This document shows positions 7,163-14,831 of a stretch of DNA of 14,831 bases, piece by piece. The notes beneath the pieces were generated by a model. The model did no database searches, had not been told where the DNA came from, and saw only the letters and a list, made by a program, of their open reading frames with translations. The position numbers and the translations under genes are program-made. Source of the DNA: Thermofilaceae archaeon (lineage in GTDB: Archaea; Thermoproteota; Thermoprotei; Thermofilales; Thermofilaceae); assembly GCA_038727095.1 (NCBI GenBank), contig JAVYWK010000038.1:1-14831 (forward strand). The letters are read 5' to 3'. The number at the start of each line of letters is the position of its first letter. The stretch's first letter is position 1.

Positions 7163-7387
7163 ATGTGCACCACGGCTTGCAGTCTGAGCTTCTTCACGCT
7201 GCCGGGTTGCACGGAGGGGTTCAGGGTGAGCTTGAGGTTGAGCAACATCACTGAGGCTCTTGAAGCGTTCATGATGGCTGGGTTGAGGCCGGGGAGCATT
7301 GCGTTCACGCGCGGGGAGGGGAGAGCGGTCTTAATCCAGCTGAGAGGGGGGTGGCTGAAGGCGTATGTAGCCGCAGCCCTAGAGTGA
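7163..7387 (+). CDS. Small hypothetical protein (74 aa)
   Basis: GAGGGGG SD-like sequence at 7151-7157, AT-rich TATTTATT at 7121-7128, host-like codons, and a pyrimidine-rich tract after the stop. No family recognised. Confidence 0.5.
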   Translation: MCTTACSLSFFTLPGCTEGFRVSLRLSNITEALEAFMMAGLRPGSIAFTRGEGRAVLIQLRGGWLKAYVAAALE

Positions 7388-7539
7388 GAGGAAGCGGGGT
7401 GCTTCATTCCATTTCTACTCTTCTTTCCCCGCTTGACCCCCAAAGCGCGGGGGAGCGGTGGGGCGCGGCAGGAAGGTGAAGAGGAGCAGCCAGAGGCGCG
7501 CGACCGAAGAAGACGGGAGCGCTTGAGCGAAAATATGAA

Positions 7540-8054
7540 CAAGTGGGCTCCCTCGGCGATCCTTCTGGCGAGCTCCCGGTTCACCGTAAGGCCCACCCTG
7601 CGGGCTTCGTCGAAGACCATCGTGTAACCGTGAACCATCCTGAAGGGCGACGCGGGGGACCCGCACCTCTTGCACCTCACAGCTTCCTCGCCGGTGCCGG
7701 AAACCTCGAACTCAGGCCAAGGCTCCCTGCAGACCGGGCACCTCTTCGCAACGTAGGGGTCGCCCACGAACGCTCCGTCCACGGGCCTATCGACGCCCGA
7801 CGAGGAGGCTTTGGAGAGAACCCTCAGGCTCTCGAAGCGCAGCACCACCGCGTCTCCGACCCTCGCCCCCTCAACGGCCACCGGCACGTTCACCTCGTGC
7901 CCATCCCTCAGCGTCGGGGTGAGCATCGGACCCCAGCAGCCGGGCGTCGTGATGAACCTGATCCTACCACCGTCGGCGACGGACCCAGCATTCTCGTGTG
8001 GGGACCTATGATGCCGTTTGTGTAAACATCGTTAAAAACCTCCGATTCAACCAT
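7540..8054 (-). pseudogene. Acetamidase/formamidase family protein, N-terminal part (frameshifted and truncated)
   Basis: GGTGA RBS and ATG 8054 give MVESEVFNDVYTNGIIGPHTRMLG. A 1-nt deletion at ~7981 is followed by VADGGRIRFITTPGCWGPMLTPTLRDGHEVNVPVAVEGARVGDAV, then CPVC/CKRC. Family-like sequence stops near 7540. Confidence 0.85.
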
Positions 8055-8106
8055 GCGCTTCACCAGAAGTTTAGGGTGCTGGTAAAAGAAGATTACCGTG
8101 ATGCTT

Positions 8107-8859
8107 CTAGGGCAGCTTAGCCACATCGACGGGTGCGCAGGGCACCGGGAGGACCAGCTTAACGCCTTCGCACTCGAGAGCCACCGGGTCCAGGTAGAAG
8201 TGGAAGGGCATCAGGTAATCGACGCCAGCCTCAACGGCGATGCGAACCGCGTCGCGGAGCGTCGAGTGGCCGTGCTCGTGCGCCAGCTCCTCGCTCGCCA
8301 ATCCTCCACCAACCTCGTGCACCAGCAGCTTGCAGCCCCTCGCCAGCTCGACTATCAATCGGCAGGGCCTCGTGTCACCGCTGAAAGCGACGGCCAAGCC
8401 GCCCACCTCCACCCTGAAGGCGAGGGAGGGAACGGTGTGGTCTGCAGCGACCGCGTAAACCCTCACCCCTCCCTCCTCAAAGGCGAGAGCTGGGGCAGCG
8501 GGAGGCTCGAGAAGGTTGAGCTCAAGCACCTCCAGGTAGTGCGGGATCCCAACCGAGGCGAAGAGCGAGCGCAAATCAATGTCGGAGGGGCCGATCACCC
8601 TCAACCTCGCACCAGAGCGCCTAGCGTGCATCGCGAGCGTCGGCAAACCCAGAGCATGGTCCCCGTGCTTGTGCGTGACGAGCACCAAGTCGAGATCCGT
8701 AACCTCAAACCCACACCTCCTCAGCGCAGCGTAAACCCCTTCGCCAGCGTCAACCAGCAGCATCAGCCCCCCAGCCTCCACCAGCAGCGAAGGAGGCCCC
8801 AACGCGGGGTCAGAAACCCAGCCCCCACAGCCCAGAGGCCTCACAATCAACTTGGCCAC
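8107..8859 (-). CDS. MBL-fold metallo-hydrolase, RNase Z-like
   Basis: LVDAGEG, THKHGDH (HxHxDH), ADHTVPS, FSGDTRP, LLVHE, HGHST and PFHF motifs. Confidence 0.9.
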   Translation of the reverse strand: MAKLIVRPLGCGGWVSDPALGPPSLLVEAGGLMLLVDAGEGVYAALRRCGFEVTDLDLVLVTHKHGDHALGLPTLAMHARRSGARLRVIGPSDIDLRSLFASVGIPHYLEVLELNLLEPPAAPALAFEEGGVRVYAVAADHTVPSLAFRVEVGGLAVAFSGDTRPCRLIVELARGCKLLVHEVGGGLASEELAHEHGHSTLRDAVRIAVEAGVDYLMPFHFYLDPVALECEGVKLVLPVPCAPVDVAKLP

Positions 8860-8879
8860 GAGCTCTCACCGCTCCAGCG

Positions 8880-8955
8880 TATAAGCGGCTTTCTATTTGC
8901 CATTTTTGCTGAAAGTCCTGAATTTAATTCAAAAATGGCGCAAAACATAAATACC
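8880..8955. promoter_or_regulatory. Divergent promoter region with palindromic operator candidates
   Basis: TTATA (-) at 8880-8884 and ATAAATA (+) at 8947-8953. Perfect inverted repeat GCCATTTTTG 8899-8908 / CAAAAATGGC 8930-8939. Palindrome TGAATT-T-AATTCA at 8919-8931. Confidence 0.6.
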
Positions 8956-8976
8956 TTATACCCTATAACCTTTTTG

Positions 8977-9150
8977 ATGAAGAGCTGGACCGAAACTATC
9001 AAAACTATATTGAGGCTGTACAAATGGAGACTTCTGGCACTTGCCTTAATGCTAGTACTTCTCACAATTACGAGAGATTACGTGATCGCCACTAAGTCCG
9101 CTGAGCCACCGCCAGGTAGCATTCCTACCCCAAATATAGATCCTCTATAA
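8977..9150 (+). CDS. 57-aa signal-peptide/single-TM small protein
   Basis: MKSWTETIKTILRLYKWRLLALALMLVLLTITRDYVIATKSAEPPPGSIPTPNIDPL. The ATG lies 24 nt after a TATA box (leaderless). It is the plausible coding tail of the shadow ORF 8098-9150. Confidence 0.65.
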   Translation: MKSWTETIKTILRLYKWRLLALALMLVLLTITRDYVIATKSAEPPPGSIPTPNIDPL

Positions 9151-9164
9151 GTTCTTAAATTTAG

Positions 9165-10148
9165 GTGGGAAGATTGATTCCTTTTTTTAAATGTGATGAG
9201 ATTTCATGGAATATTATAAAAGCTATTGAAACTTCCTTATCAATCACCGATATTTCCAAGAAAAGCAATGTAAATATTTCCACAGTCTCCAGGATTCTTT
9301 CTGAGATAAGGCAGGGAAGCAAAGGTGTAGCGGTACGTTTTGAGATAATTATGGAAAAGGCCGGTATTATTAATGTCGCAACTATAAGCAAAAGATACAT
9401 GAAGCGGCTTCCTTTTCTTCAATCTTTCAGGGTGCTTCGGCTTCTTGGCCGCGAACTTTACCTCTATACAGCCCTGATTCCCGGCGAAAAAATGATCAGC
9501 GAATGGCTTTCAAACTTTGAGGAAGGATCACTAACAGTAAGAGGATTAGAGCGCAGATTTTGGAGCCCCTCTTCTCCCTTGACGGTTTATAGTGGAGAAT
9601 TTGTTCAAGGTTGTCCTGAGCAAATAGCTACGGAGGAGCGTGATCCTCCAAAGCTACCCAAGGTAGAAGCTACAATGGATGAGATCGACGTATTGATCTA
9701 TGGTGAAAAATCTAAGTGGCCTTTCATCTCATTACGCGAGATAGCTAGAAGTAGTGAAAAGTTTGTGGGTAGAAAGGTTTCACATCAGGTGCTGAGTTGG
9801 CACTTCAGGAATCATTTACTTAAACTGTGGAATCGAAACAGGGTCTGGCTTTACGCCGATCTTAATAAGATACCGTACCGCCTGCTCTACTTAGAGGGGC
9901 GTGATGCGCCCGCCGTGGCTAGGGCTCTTGTTCAGCTACCCTGGTTCCACACGGCCTATATCGACTTTGACAGGGCTATCGTCTCGGGTCAGCCGCCCTG
10001 CGAATCGATGCTTCCACTTTACAAGCAGCTTAACGAGCTGGACGTGAATACGCTGGAGTTTATAATGGAGCCGAGCCTGATGAGGGTGGTCCCGATCTTC
10101 AACTTGCTAATGTCGATTACGAAGAAGCTGGAGGTGACGGCCGAATGA
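9165..10148 (+). CDS. Tandem winged-HTH (Lrp/AsnC-like) transcriptional regulator
   Basis: HTH SITDISKKSNVNISTVSRIL near the N-terminus. A second unit MDEIDVLI...SLREIA...VSHQVLSWHFRNHL starts the C-terminal half. Confidence 0.75.
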   Translation: MGRLIPFFKCDEISWNIIKAIETSLSITDISKKSNVNISTVSRILSEIRQGSKGVAVRFEIIMEKAGIINVATISKRYMKRLPFLQSFRVLRLLGRELYLYTALIPGEKMISEWLSNFEEGSLTVRGLERRFWSPSSPLTVYSGEFVQGCPEQIATEERDPPKLPKVEATMDEIDVLIYGEKSKWPFISLREIARSSEKFVGRKVSHQVLSWHFRNHLLKLWNRNRVWLYADLNKIPYRLLYLEGRDAPAVARALVQLPWFHTAYIDFDRAIVSGQPPCESMLPLYKQLNELDVNTLEFIMEPSLMRVVPIFNLLMSITKKLEVTAE

Positions 10149-10453
10149 GGTTCACGGAGCTGCTCGACAGGTTAGCGCATCCCACGGGCCTGCTGATAAG
10201 AAGGGCTTTCGAGAGGGAGGGTTTCGGTGACCCGGATCGGTTGGCGGTTGAAGCGCCGAGGAAGCTGCTGGACTATCTGTCGAAGCTGTTTGAGGATGAG
10301 AGGACGGCTAAGTTGTTCCTGTACTTGACGGGTGTGGCGCTGAGGAATCGGGTTGGCGTTGTCTCGGAGGAGGAGTGGCTGCACGCTTTCGAGTCCAACG
10401 ATGCTACTTACGTTAGGGGGTGGATGGAGAAGCTGGATGAGCTGCTGCGCTAG
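10145..10453 (+). CDS. Small helical hypothetical protein (possibly DUF3227-like)
   Basis: ATGA overlap with the regulator and a GGAGGTGA RBS. DPDRLAVEAPRKLLDYLSKLF loosely resembles crenarchaeal DUF3227-type proteins (from memory). Confidence 0.75.
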   Translation: MRFTELLDRLAHPTGLLIRRAFEREGFGDPDRLAVEAPRKLLDYLSKLFEDERTAKLFLYLTGVALRNRVGVVSEEEWLHAFESNDATYVRGWMEKLDELLR

Positions 10454-10821
10454 CCTCCCCCGCGCTCAACCCTCCTCACCCTCCTCGTCGCCACCAGCGT
10501 GGCGCCGCAGGGGCCCTCCAGTACCACCTGCCCGATCTCGACGGGCGCTTCAACCTCGAGGTGGGCTGTAGCCTTCACCACCTCTCTCACGCAGTCCTTC
10601 GGTACGGGCTTCCTCGTCACTACGGAGACAACGGGTAGGTCTCCGTTCCGCACCCTCACGACGGTCATCACGTGGCGCAGCGGCTCCGTCAGCTCCTGCC
10701 TCGCGTACTCCACTCCTCTCGCGCACCCGTAGCCCTCCACTTCCAGGCCCCCATCGGTCCTTTTCGCTCTGAGCGTGCAGCTGGCGGGGCAGAGGATGCA
10801 GATGAGCTCGACCTCACTCAC
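10450..10821 (-). CDS. DUF1667 CxxC small protein, glycerol-3-phosphate dehydrogenase cluster
   Basis: LICILCPASC, GYGCARGVEYARQE, P.RHVMTVV and APVEIGQV motifs. Last gene of the glycerol operon. Confidence 0.9.
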   Translation of the reverse strand: MSEVELICILCPASCTLRAKRTDGGLEVEGYGCARGVEYARQELTEPLRHVMTVVRVRNGDLPVVSVVTRKPVPKDCVREVVKATAHLEVEAPVEIGQVVLEGPCGATLVATRRVRRVERGGG

Positions 10822-12070
10822 GCGGGACCACCTCCAGCGTCACTCTACCGGCCTCCACCGCGGGCTTCAGCCTCGCCGGGTCGAGCTTCAATCTGATCAT
10901 CTCGGCCGGTCTGACGGCCACGGCGTAGCTCCTCACACCGGCCTCCGGCACTCTCACGAAAACCCCCTTCTCCGGCCTCTCGACCCTCGCGTACAAGGTG
11001 ACCTCCCGCTCTCCGCTCACGTAGTGGGGGACTGCGAGCCTGACGTTCCTGCCCCTCGTGACGGGGAGCCAGCGGGTCGGCGGCACGCCCCCCTCGACGA
11101 ACAGCTTCGCCCCCTCGGCGGCCCTCTCTCCCTGCTCCGCTGCGTAGTCCACGAGGTCGTTGATGACGAGCGCGTTCCCGGCCGCGAAGACGCCGGGCAC
11201 GCTGGTCTCCAGCAGCTCGTTGACCACCGGGCCTCCGGTGGCCGGGTCGATCGCGCAGCCGATCTTCTCCAGCAGCTCCACGTTGGGCCTCAAGCCCGCC
11301 GCCACCACGACGGTGTCGCAGGGGATCTCGAACTCGGTCCCCGGGATCGGCTTGAGCGCCTCATCGACTCTGGCCACGATGACCCTCTCGACCCTCCCCC
11401 TCCCGGCGACTTTGACCACGGCGTGGCTGAGGAGCAGCGGTATGCCGAAGTCGTGGAGGCACTGGACGACGTTCCTCATCAAGCCTCCGGGCCACGGCAT
11501 TATCTCGACGACCGCCCTCACGCGGGCCCCCTCGAGCGCGAACCTCCTCGCCATGATCAAGCCCACGTCCCCCGACCCCACGATCACGACCTCCCTCCCC
11601 GGGAGCACCCCGTAGAGGTCCATGAGGAGCTGCGCCTCCCCCGCCGTCATGACGCCCGCCGGCCTATCGCCGGTGACTCCGATCTCGAAGATCGTCCTCT
11701 CCCGCGCGCCCGTCGCGAAGATCACCGCCTTCGCTCTCACCCTGACCACTCCCGCCCGCGTAACGACGTTGACCACTTTCTCGTCGTAAGCCTCAACCTC
11801 GACCGAGTGGACGTAAGCCTTCAGCAGGCAGCTCACCCCACTCCTCTCCACCCTCTCCATCAACCGGTGAGCGAACTGGGCTCCCGTCATGTCCTCGCCG
11901 AAGTAGTGGAGGCCGAAGCCGGGGTGCACGCACTGCAGCGGGATCCCGCCGAGTGTCTCCCGTTCCTCGAGCAGAACCACCTCCATCCCGAGCTCCGCGG
12001 CTCTCGCGGCAGCCGCCATCCCAGCCGGCCCACCGCCCACGACGACAACGTCGCACTCCCGCTGGATCAC
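10814..12070 (-). CDS. NAD(P)/FAD-dependent oxidoreductase, partner of the GlpA-like subunit
   Basis: GGGPAG, GGIPLQCVHPGFG, ATGARER, GSGDVGLIMARR and ETSVPGVFAAGN. Start reassigned to GTG 12070 (GTGA overlap with the upstream stop). Confidence 0.92.
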   Translation of the reverse strand: MIQRECDVVVVGGGPAGMAAAARAAELGMEVVLLEERETLGGIPLQCVHPGFGLHYFGEDMTGAQFAHRLMERVERSGVSCLLKAYVHSVEVEAYDEKVVNVVTRAGVVRVRAKAVIFATGARERTIFEIGVTGDRPAGVMTAGEAQLLMDLYGVLPGREVVIVGSGDVGLIMARRFALEGARVRAVVEIMPWPGGLMRNVVQCLHDFGIPLLLSHAVVKVAGRGRVERVIVARVDEALKPIPGTEFEIPCDTVVVAAGLRPNVELLEKIGCAIDPATGGPVVNELLETSVPGVFAAGNALVINDLVDYAAEQGERAAEGAKLFVEGGVPPTRWLPVTRGRNVRLAVPHYVSGEREVTLYARVERPEKGVFVRVPEAGVRSYAVAVRPAEMIRLKLDPARLKPAVEAGRVTLEVVPRE

Positions 12071-13548
12071 GCGGCCCCACCCCTCAGGAGGGCTTTCACA
12101 TCCCCGTACCCGTAGGGGCCTGTGGCAACGGGCACCGCGTGCAGGGGCTGCCCCGTGAGCTCGGAAACTATCAGCGCAATCCTCCACCTGCAGAAGCTGC
12201 CCTGGCACCTACCCAACCCGGCGTAGGCTCTGAACTTGATCCCGTCGAGCGTGACGCGCGCCCCAATCCTCCTTATGCGCTCCACGGCCTCCAGGATCTC
12301 CGCCTTTGAAACCATCCTGCAGCCGCACACGATTTCGCCGTAGTCGGGGTTCTCCCTGGCGAGAGCATCGATCTCCTCCAAGCTGCGGCCCGCAACCCTC
12401 GTGATCCCGCGGCGGCGGGGGTTCCACCTCCGCTTCCTACGCAGCTCCACATCGTAGGTCTTAGCGATGAGCTCAACCACGTAACGCGCGATGGCGGGCG
12501 CCGCGGTGAGCCCCGGCGACCGTATGCCGGCGACGTTGACGAAGCCCCACGGGTCCTCGTACGCCCTTATCAACCACTCCCCGCCTGGGGGTTCCGGCCT
12601 TAAGCCCGCGAATGTTCTGATCACCCTGCTGCGGGGTGGGAGCTCCCGAAGGAGCCTTGAAGCCTCCCTCAGCACCAGCTCCACCCCACCCGCGGTCGTC
12701 GATGTGTCTTCCTTCGCCTCGTACGGGAGGTCCTCAGCGGTGGGCCCCAGCAGCAGGTTCCCGTGCACCGTCGTAAGCGCGTAAACTCCCTTCGTCACCG
12801 GCGTCGGGACGGTGTGGAGGATCCTCAACGGCTTCAGGGGCACGTTCTCGTCGAAGATCACGTACTCGCCCCTCCTCGGCCGGATCCTGAAGCCCTCCTC
12901 AACCCCGGCTGAACGCGAGATCTCGTCGGCGTAGAGGCCCGCGGCGTTCACCACAACGTCAGCCTCGATGAAGCCCCTGCTGGTTTCAACACCCTTCACT
13001 CCACCCCCCTCCACGACCACGCGCTCCACCTCGGTTTCCGTCAGCAGCCTAACCCCGTTCTCCACCGCGTTCTCCACGATAGCTACCACAGCTTCGAAGG
13101 GGGAGATGGTGCCGGCGGTGGGAGCATAAACCGCGCCAAGAGCTGAGTCGCTGGCGAGCGGCTCGAGGGCTTTCAGCTCGCGCCCGTAGACGGGCCTTAC
13201 GCCGGGCACTCCATTCACCCTCGCAAGCTCGATGTACTTCAACGCCTCCCACTCCTCCTCAGGCGTGGAGAACACCATCAGCTCTCCCGGCCAGCGAGCC
13301 GGGATTTCGAGCTCCTTAACCCACTCCCTCCAAAGGCGGTTCCCCTCTACGCAGAGCTTCGCGCGGAGCGGGTGGACCCTCGGATCCTCCTCGTGTCCGG
13401 GGTGGATGATCGAGGTGTTAGCCTTGCTAACTCCCCAGCCGACGTCCGGCATCCTCTCGATCAGGGTGACTTCGAAGCCCTCGTACGCGCTGAGCACCCT
13501 GGCGATGGAAGCACCTACTACGCCCGCGCCAACGATCGCGACCTTCAC
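12067..13548 (-). CDS. glpA: FAD-dependent glycerol-3-phosphate dehydrogenase (GlpA-like) with BFD-like [2Fe-2S] C-terminal domain
   Basis: GAGVVG, SKANTSIIHPG, FAGLRP, SPGLTAAPAIA and CGC...GRCQGSFC. Immediately downstream of glpK. Confidence 0.88.
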   Translation of the reverse strand: MKVAIVGAGVVGASIARVLSAYEGFEVTLIERMPDVGWGVSKANTSIIHPGHEEDPRVHPLRAKLCVEGNRLWREWVKELEIPARWPGELMVFSTPEEEWEALKYIELARVNGVPGVRPVYGRELKALEPLASDSALGAVYAPTAGTISPFEAVVAIVENAVENGVRLLTETEVERVVVEGGGVKGVETSRGFIEADVVVNAAGLYADEISRSAGVEEGFRIRPRRGEYVIFDENVPLKPLRILHTVPTPVTKGVYALTTVHGNLLLGPTAEDLPYEAKEDTSTTAGGVELVLREASRLLRELPPRSRVIRTFAGLRPEPPGGEWLIRAYEDPWGFVNVAGIRSPGLTAAPAIARYVVELIAKTYDVELRRKRRWNPRRRGITRVAGRSLEEIDALARENPDYGEIVCGCRMVSKAEILEAVERIRRIGARVTLDGIKFRAYAGLGRCQGSFCRWRIALIVSELTGQPLHAVPVATGPYGYGDVKALLRGGAA

Positions 13549-13556
13549 TCAACCAC

Positions 13557-14831
13557 CTAGTAGCCGTAGGCCCAGGGCACCTCCTTTGCCCAGCCGAGAG
13601 CCCTCTGGACGGCCGCTCTCCAGCCCCTGTAGAGGCGCTCTCGCGTCTCAGGGTCCATCCTCGGCTCAAACACGCGCTCAGCCCTCCAGTTCCTCCGCAC
13701 GTCGTCGAGGCTGCTCCAGAAGCCGACCGCGAGGCCGGCCAGGTAGGCTGCGCCGAGCGAAGTGGTCTCGAAGACCACCGGCCTCACGACCCTGACGTTC
13801 AGGATGTCGGCTTGGAACTGGAGGAGGAAGTCGCTCCTCGCGGCCCCGCCGTCGGCCTTGAGGACGGTGATCTCTCTGCCCGTGTCGGCCTTCATAGCCT
13901 CCACAACGTCCCTAGTGAGGTACGCGATGGCTTCCAGAGCCGCGCGGGCGATGTGCTTCCGCTCCGTCCCCCTCGTGATCCCGATGATCAAACCCCTCGC
14001 GTAGTGGTCCCAGTAGGGCGCGCCCAGCCCGACGAAGGCCGGGACGAAGTAGACTCCGCCCGTATCGGCCGCCGCCTCTGCGAGCGGGTTGATCTCGGCT
14101 GAAACCTCGATGATCTTGAGGCCGTCTCGCAGCCACTGTATCGCGGCGCCGGTGATGAAGATGCTCCCCTCCAGCGCGTACACGGCCCTGCGGGGCTCCA
14201 TCGAGTAGAAGACGGTTGTGAGCAACCCGTGCCTCGACGGCACGGGGCTCGCGCCCGTGTTCATCAGGAGGAAGTTCCCGGTCCCGTAGGTGCACTTCAC
14301 GTCACCCACGTCGAAGCCCGCCTGGCCGAAGAGAGCCGCCTGCTGGTCGCCCGCGTCCCCCGTCACAGGCACTGAGGCCCCGCCCAGGAGCGCTGAAACC
14401 TCGGGGCCCGTGTACCCGTACACCTCCCTATCGCTGGAGGGTCTGGGCAGTGGGAGCATCTCCTGCGGTATGCGGCCCTGGAGCTCGAGTAGTTCGCTGT
14501 CCCAGTCGAGCTTCCTGATGTTGAAGAGCATCGTCCTCGAAGCGTTGCTGTAATCGGTCACGTGCGCCCCACCGCGCTCGGGGGTCATGACGTCCCTGGA
14601 GCCGCGCGTCAGGTTCCACACGATCCACGTGTCGATCGTGCCGAACACGAGCTCCCCCTTCTCGGCCCTCTCCCGAGCCCCCGGGACGTTGTCTAGGATC
14701 CACCAGAGCTTCGTGCTGGAGAAGTAGCAGTCAGGGACGAGCCCGCTCTTCTCCCTGATCAACTCGAAGCAGCAATCCCTCAAGCGGTCGACCTGCGGAG
14801 CCGTCCTGCGATCCTGCCACACGATCGCGTT
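13557..14831 (-). CDS. glpK: Glycerol kinase (5' end outside the window)
   Basis: [69 protein letters not shown] and ADGGA. Confidence 0.97.
   Translation of the reverse strand, partial: NAIVWQDRRTAPQVDRLRDCCFELIREKSGLVPDCYFSSTKLWWILDNVPGARERAEKGELVFGTIDTWIVWNLTRGSRDVMTPERGGAHVTDYSNASRTMLFNIRKLDWDSELLELQGRIPQEMLPLPRPSSDREVYGYTGPEVSALLGGASVPVTGDAGDQQAALFGQAGFDVGDVKCTYGTGNFLLMNTGASPVPSRHGLLTTVFYSMEPRRAVYALEGSIFITGAAIQWLRDGLKIIEVSAEINPLAEAAADTGGVYFVPAFVGLGAPYWDHYARGLIIGITRGTERKHIARAALEAIAYLTRDVVEAMKADTGREITVLKADGGAARSDFLLQFQADILNVRVVRPVVFETTSLGAAYLAGLAVGFWSSLDDVRRNWRAERVFEPRMDPETRERLYRGWRAAVQRALGWAKEVPWAYGY

Noticed and set aside
6808-7926. 372-aa ORF as an intact protein
   Set aside because: It is a chimera of the acetamidase fragment and read-through into island sequence.
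8098-8976. N-terminal part of the 350-aa + strand ORF
   Set aside because: It is the antisense shadow of the MBL gene. Only 8977-9150 looks coding.
1771-9150. Prolyl oligopeptidase as processor of the Pro-rich 57-aa peptide
   Set aside because: The genes are over 5 kb apart, separated by unrelated genes, and differ in base composition. Nothing in the sequence links them.
10775-12115. 446-aa + strand ORF, and similar short antisense or alternate-frame ORFs elsewhere
   Set aside because: These are high-GC shadow frames of well-supported genes.

Overview
High-GC archaeal DNA. Gene content and leaderless TATA-box promoters suggest Thermoproteales (Thermofilum-like); this is inference. The left flank holds a geranylgeranyl-reductase-family gene (partial), kptA, a prolyl oligopeptidase and a SpoIIM-like membrane protein. 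The right flank holds an MBL-fold hydrolase and a glycerol operon (glpK, glpA-like, FAD oxidoreductase, DUF1667). Two accessory regions lie between them. (1) About 4418-7540: a ~3.1 kb island that appears to split an acetamidase/formamidase gene. It carries a divergent solo TnpB-like nuclease with no transposase. The ORF is bracketed by a ~160-nt G-U-rich rod hairpin upstream and a ~300-nt omegaRNA-like structure downstream. The island also has a separate ~490-nt, heavily base-paired non-coding element on the opposite strand, a pseudoknot and a small orphan ORF. (2) About 8880-10453: an AT-rich cassette with a palindromic operator, a 57-aa signal/TM peptide, a tandem wHTH (Lrp/AsnC-like) regulator and a small helical protein. 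All RNA pairings were found by eye, not by folding software.
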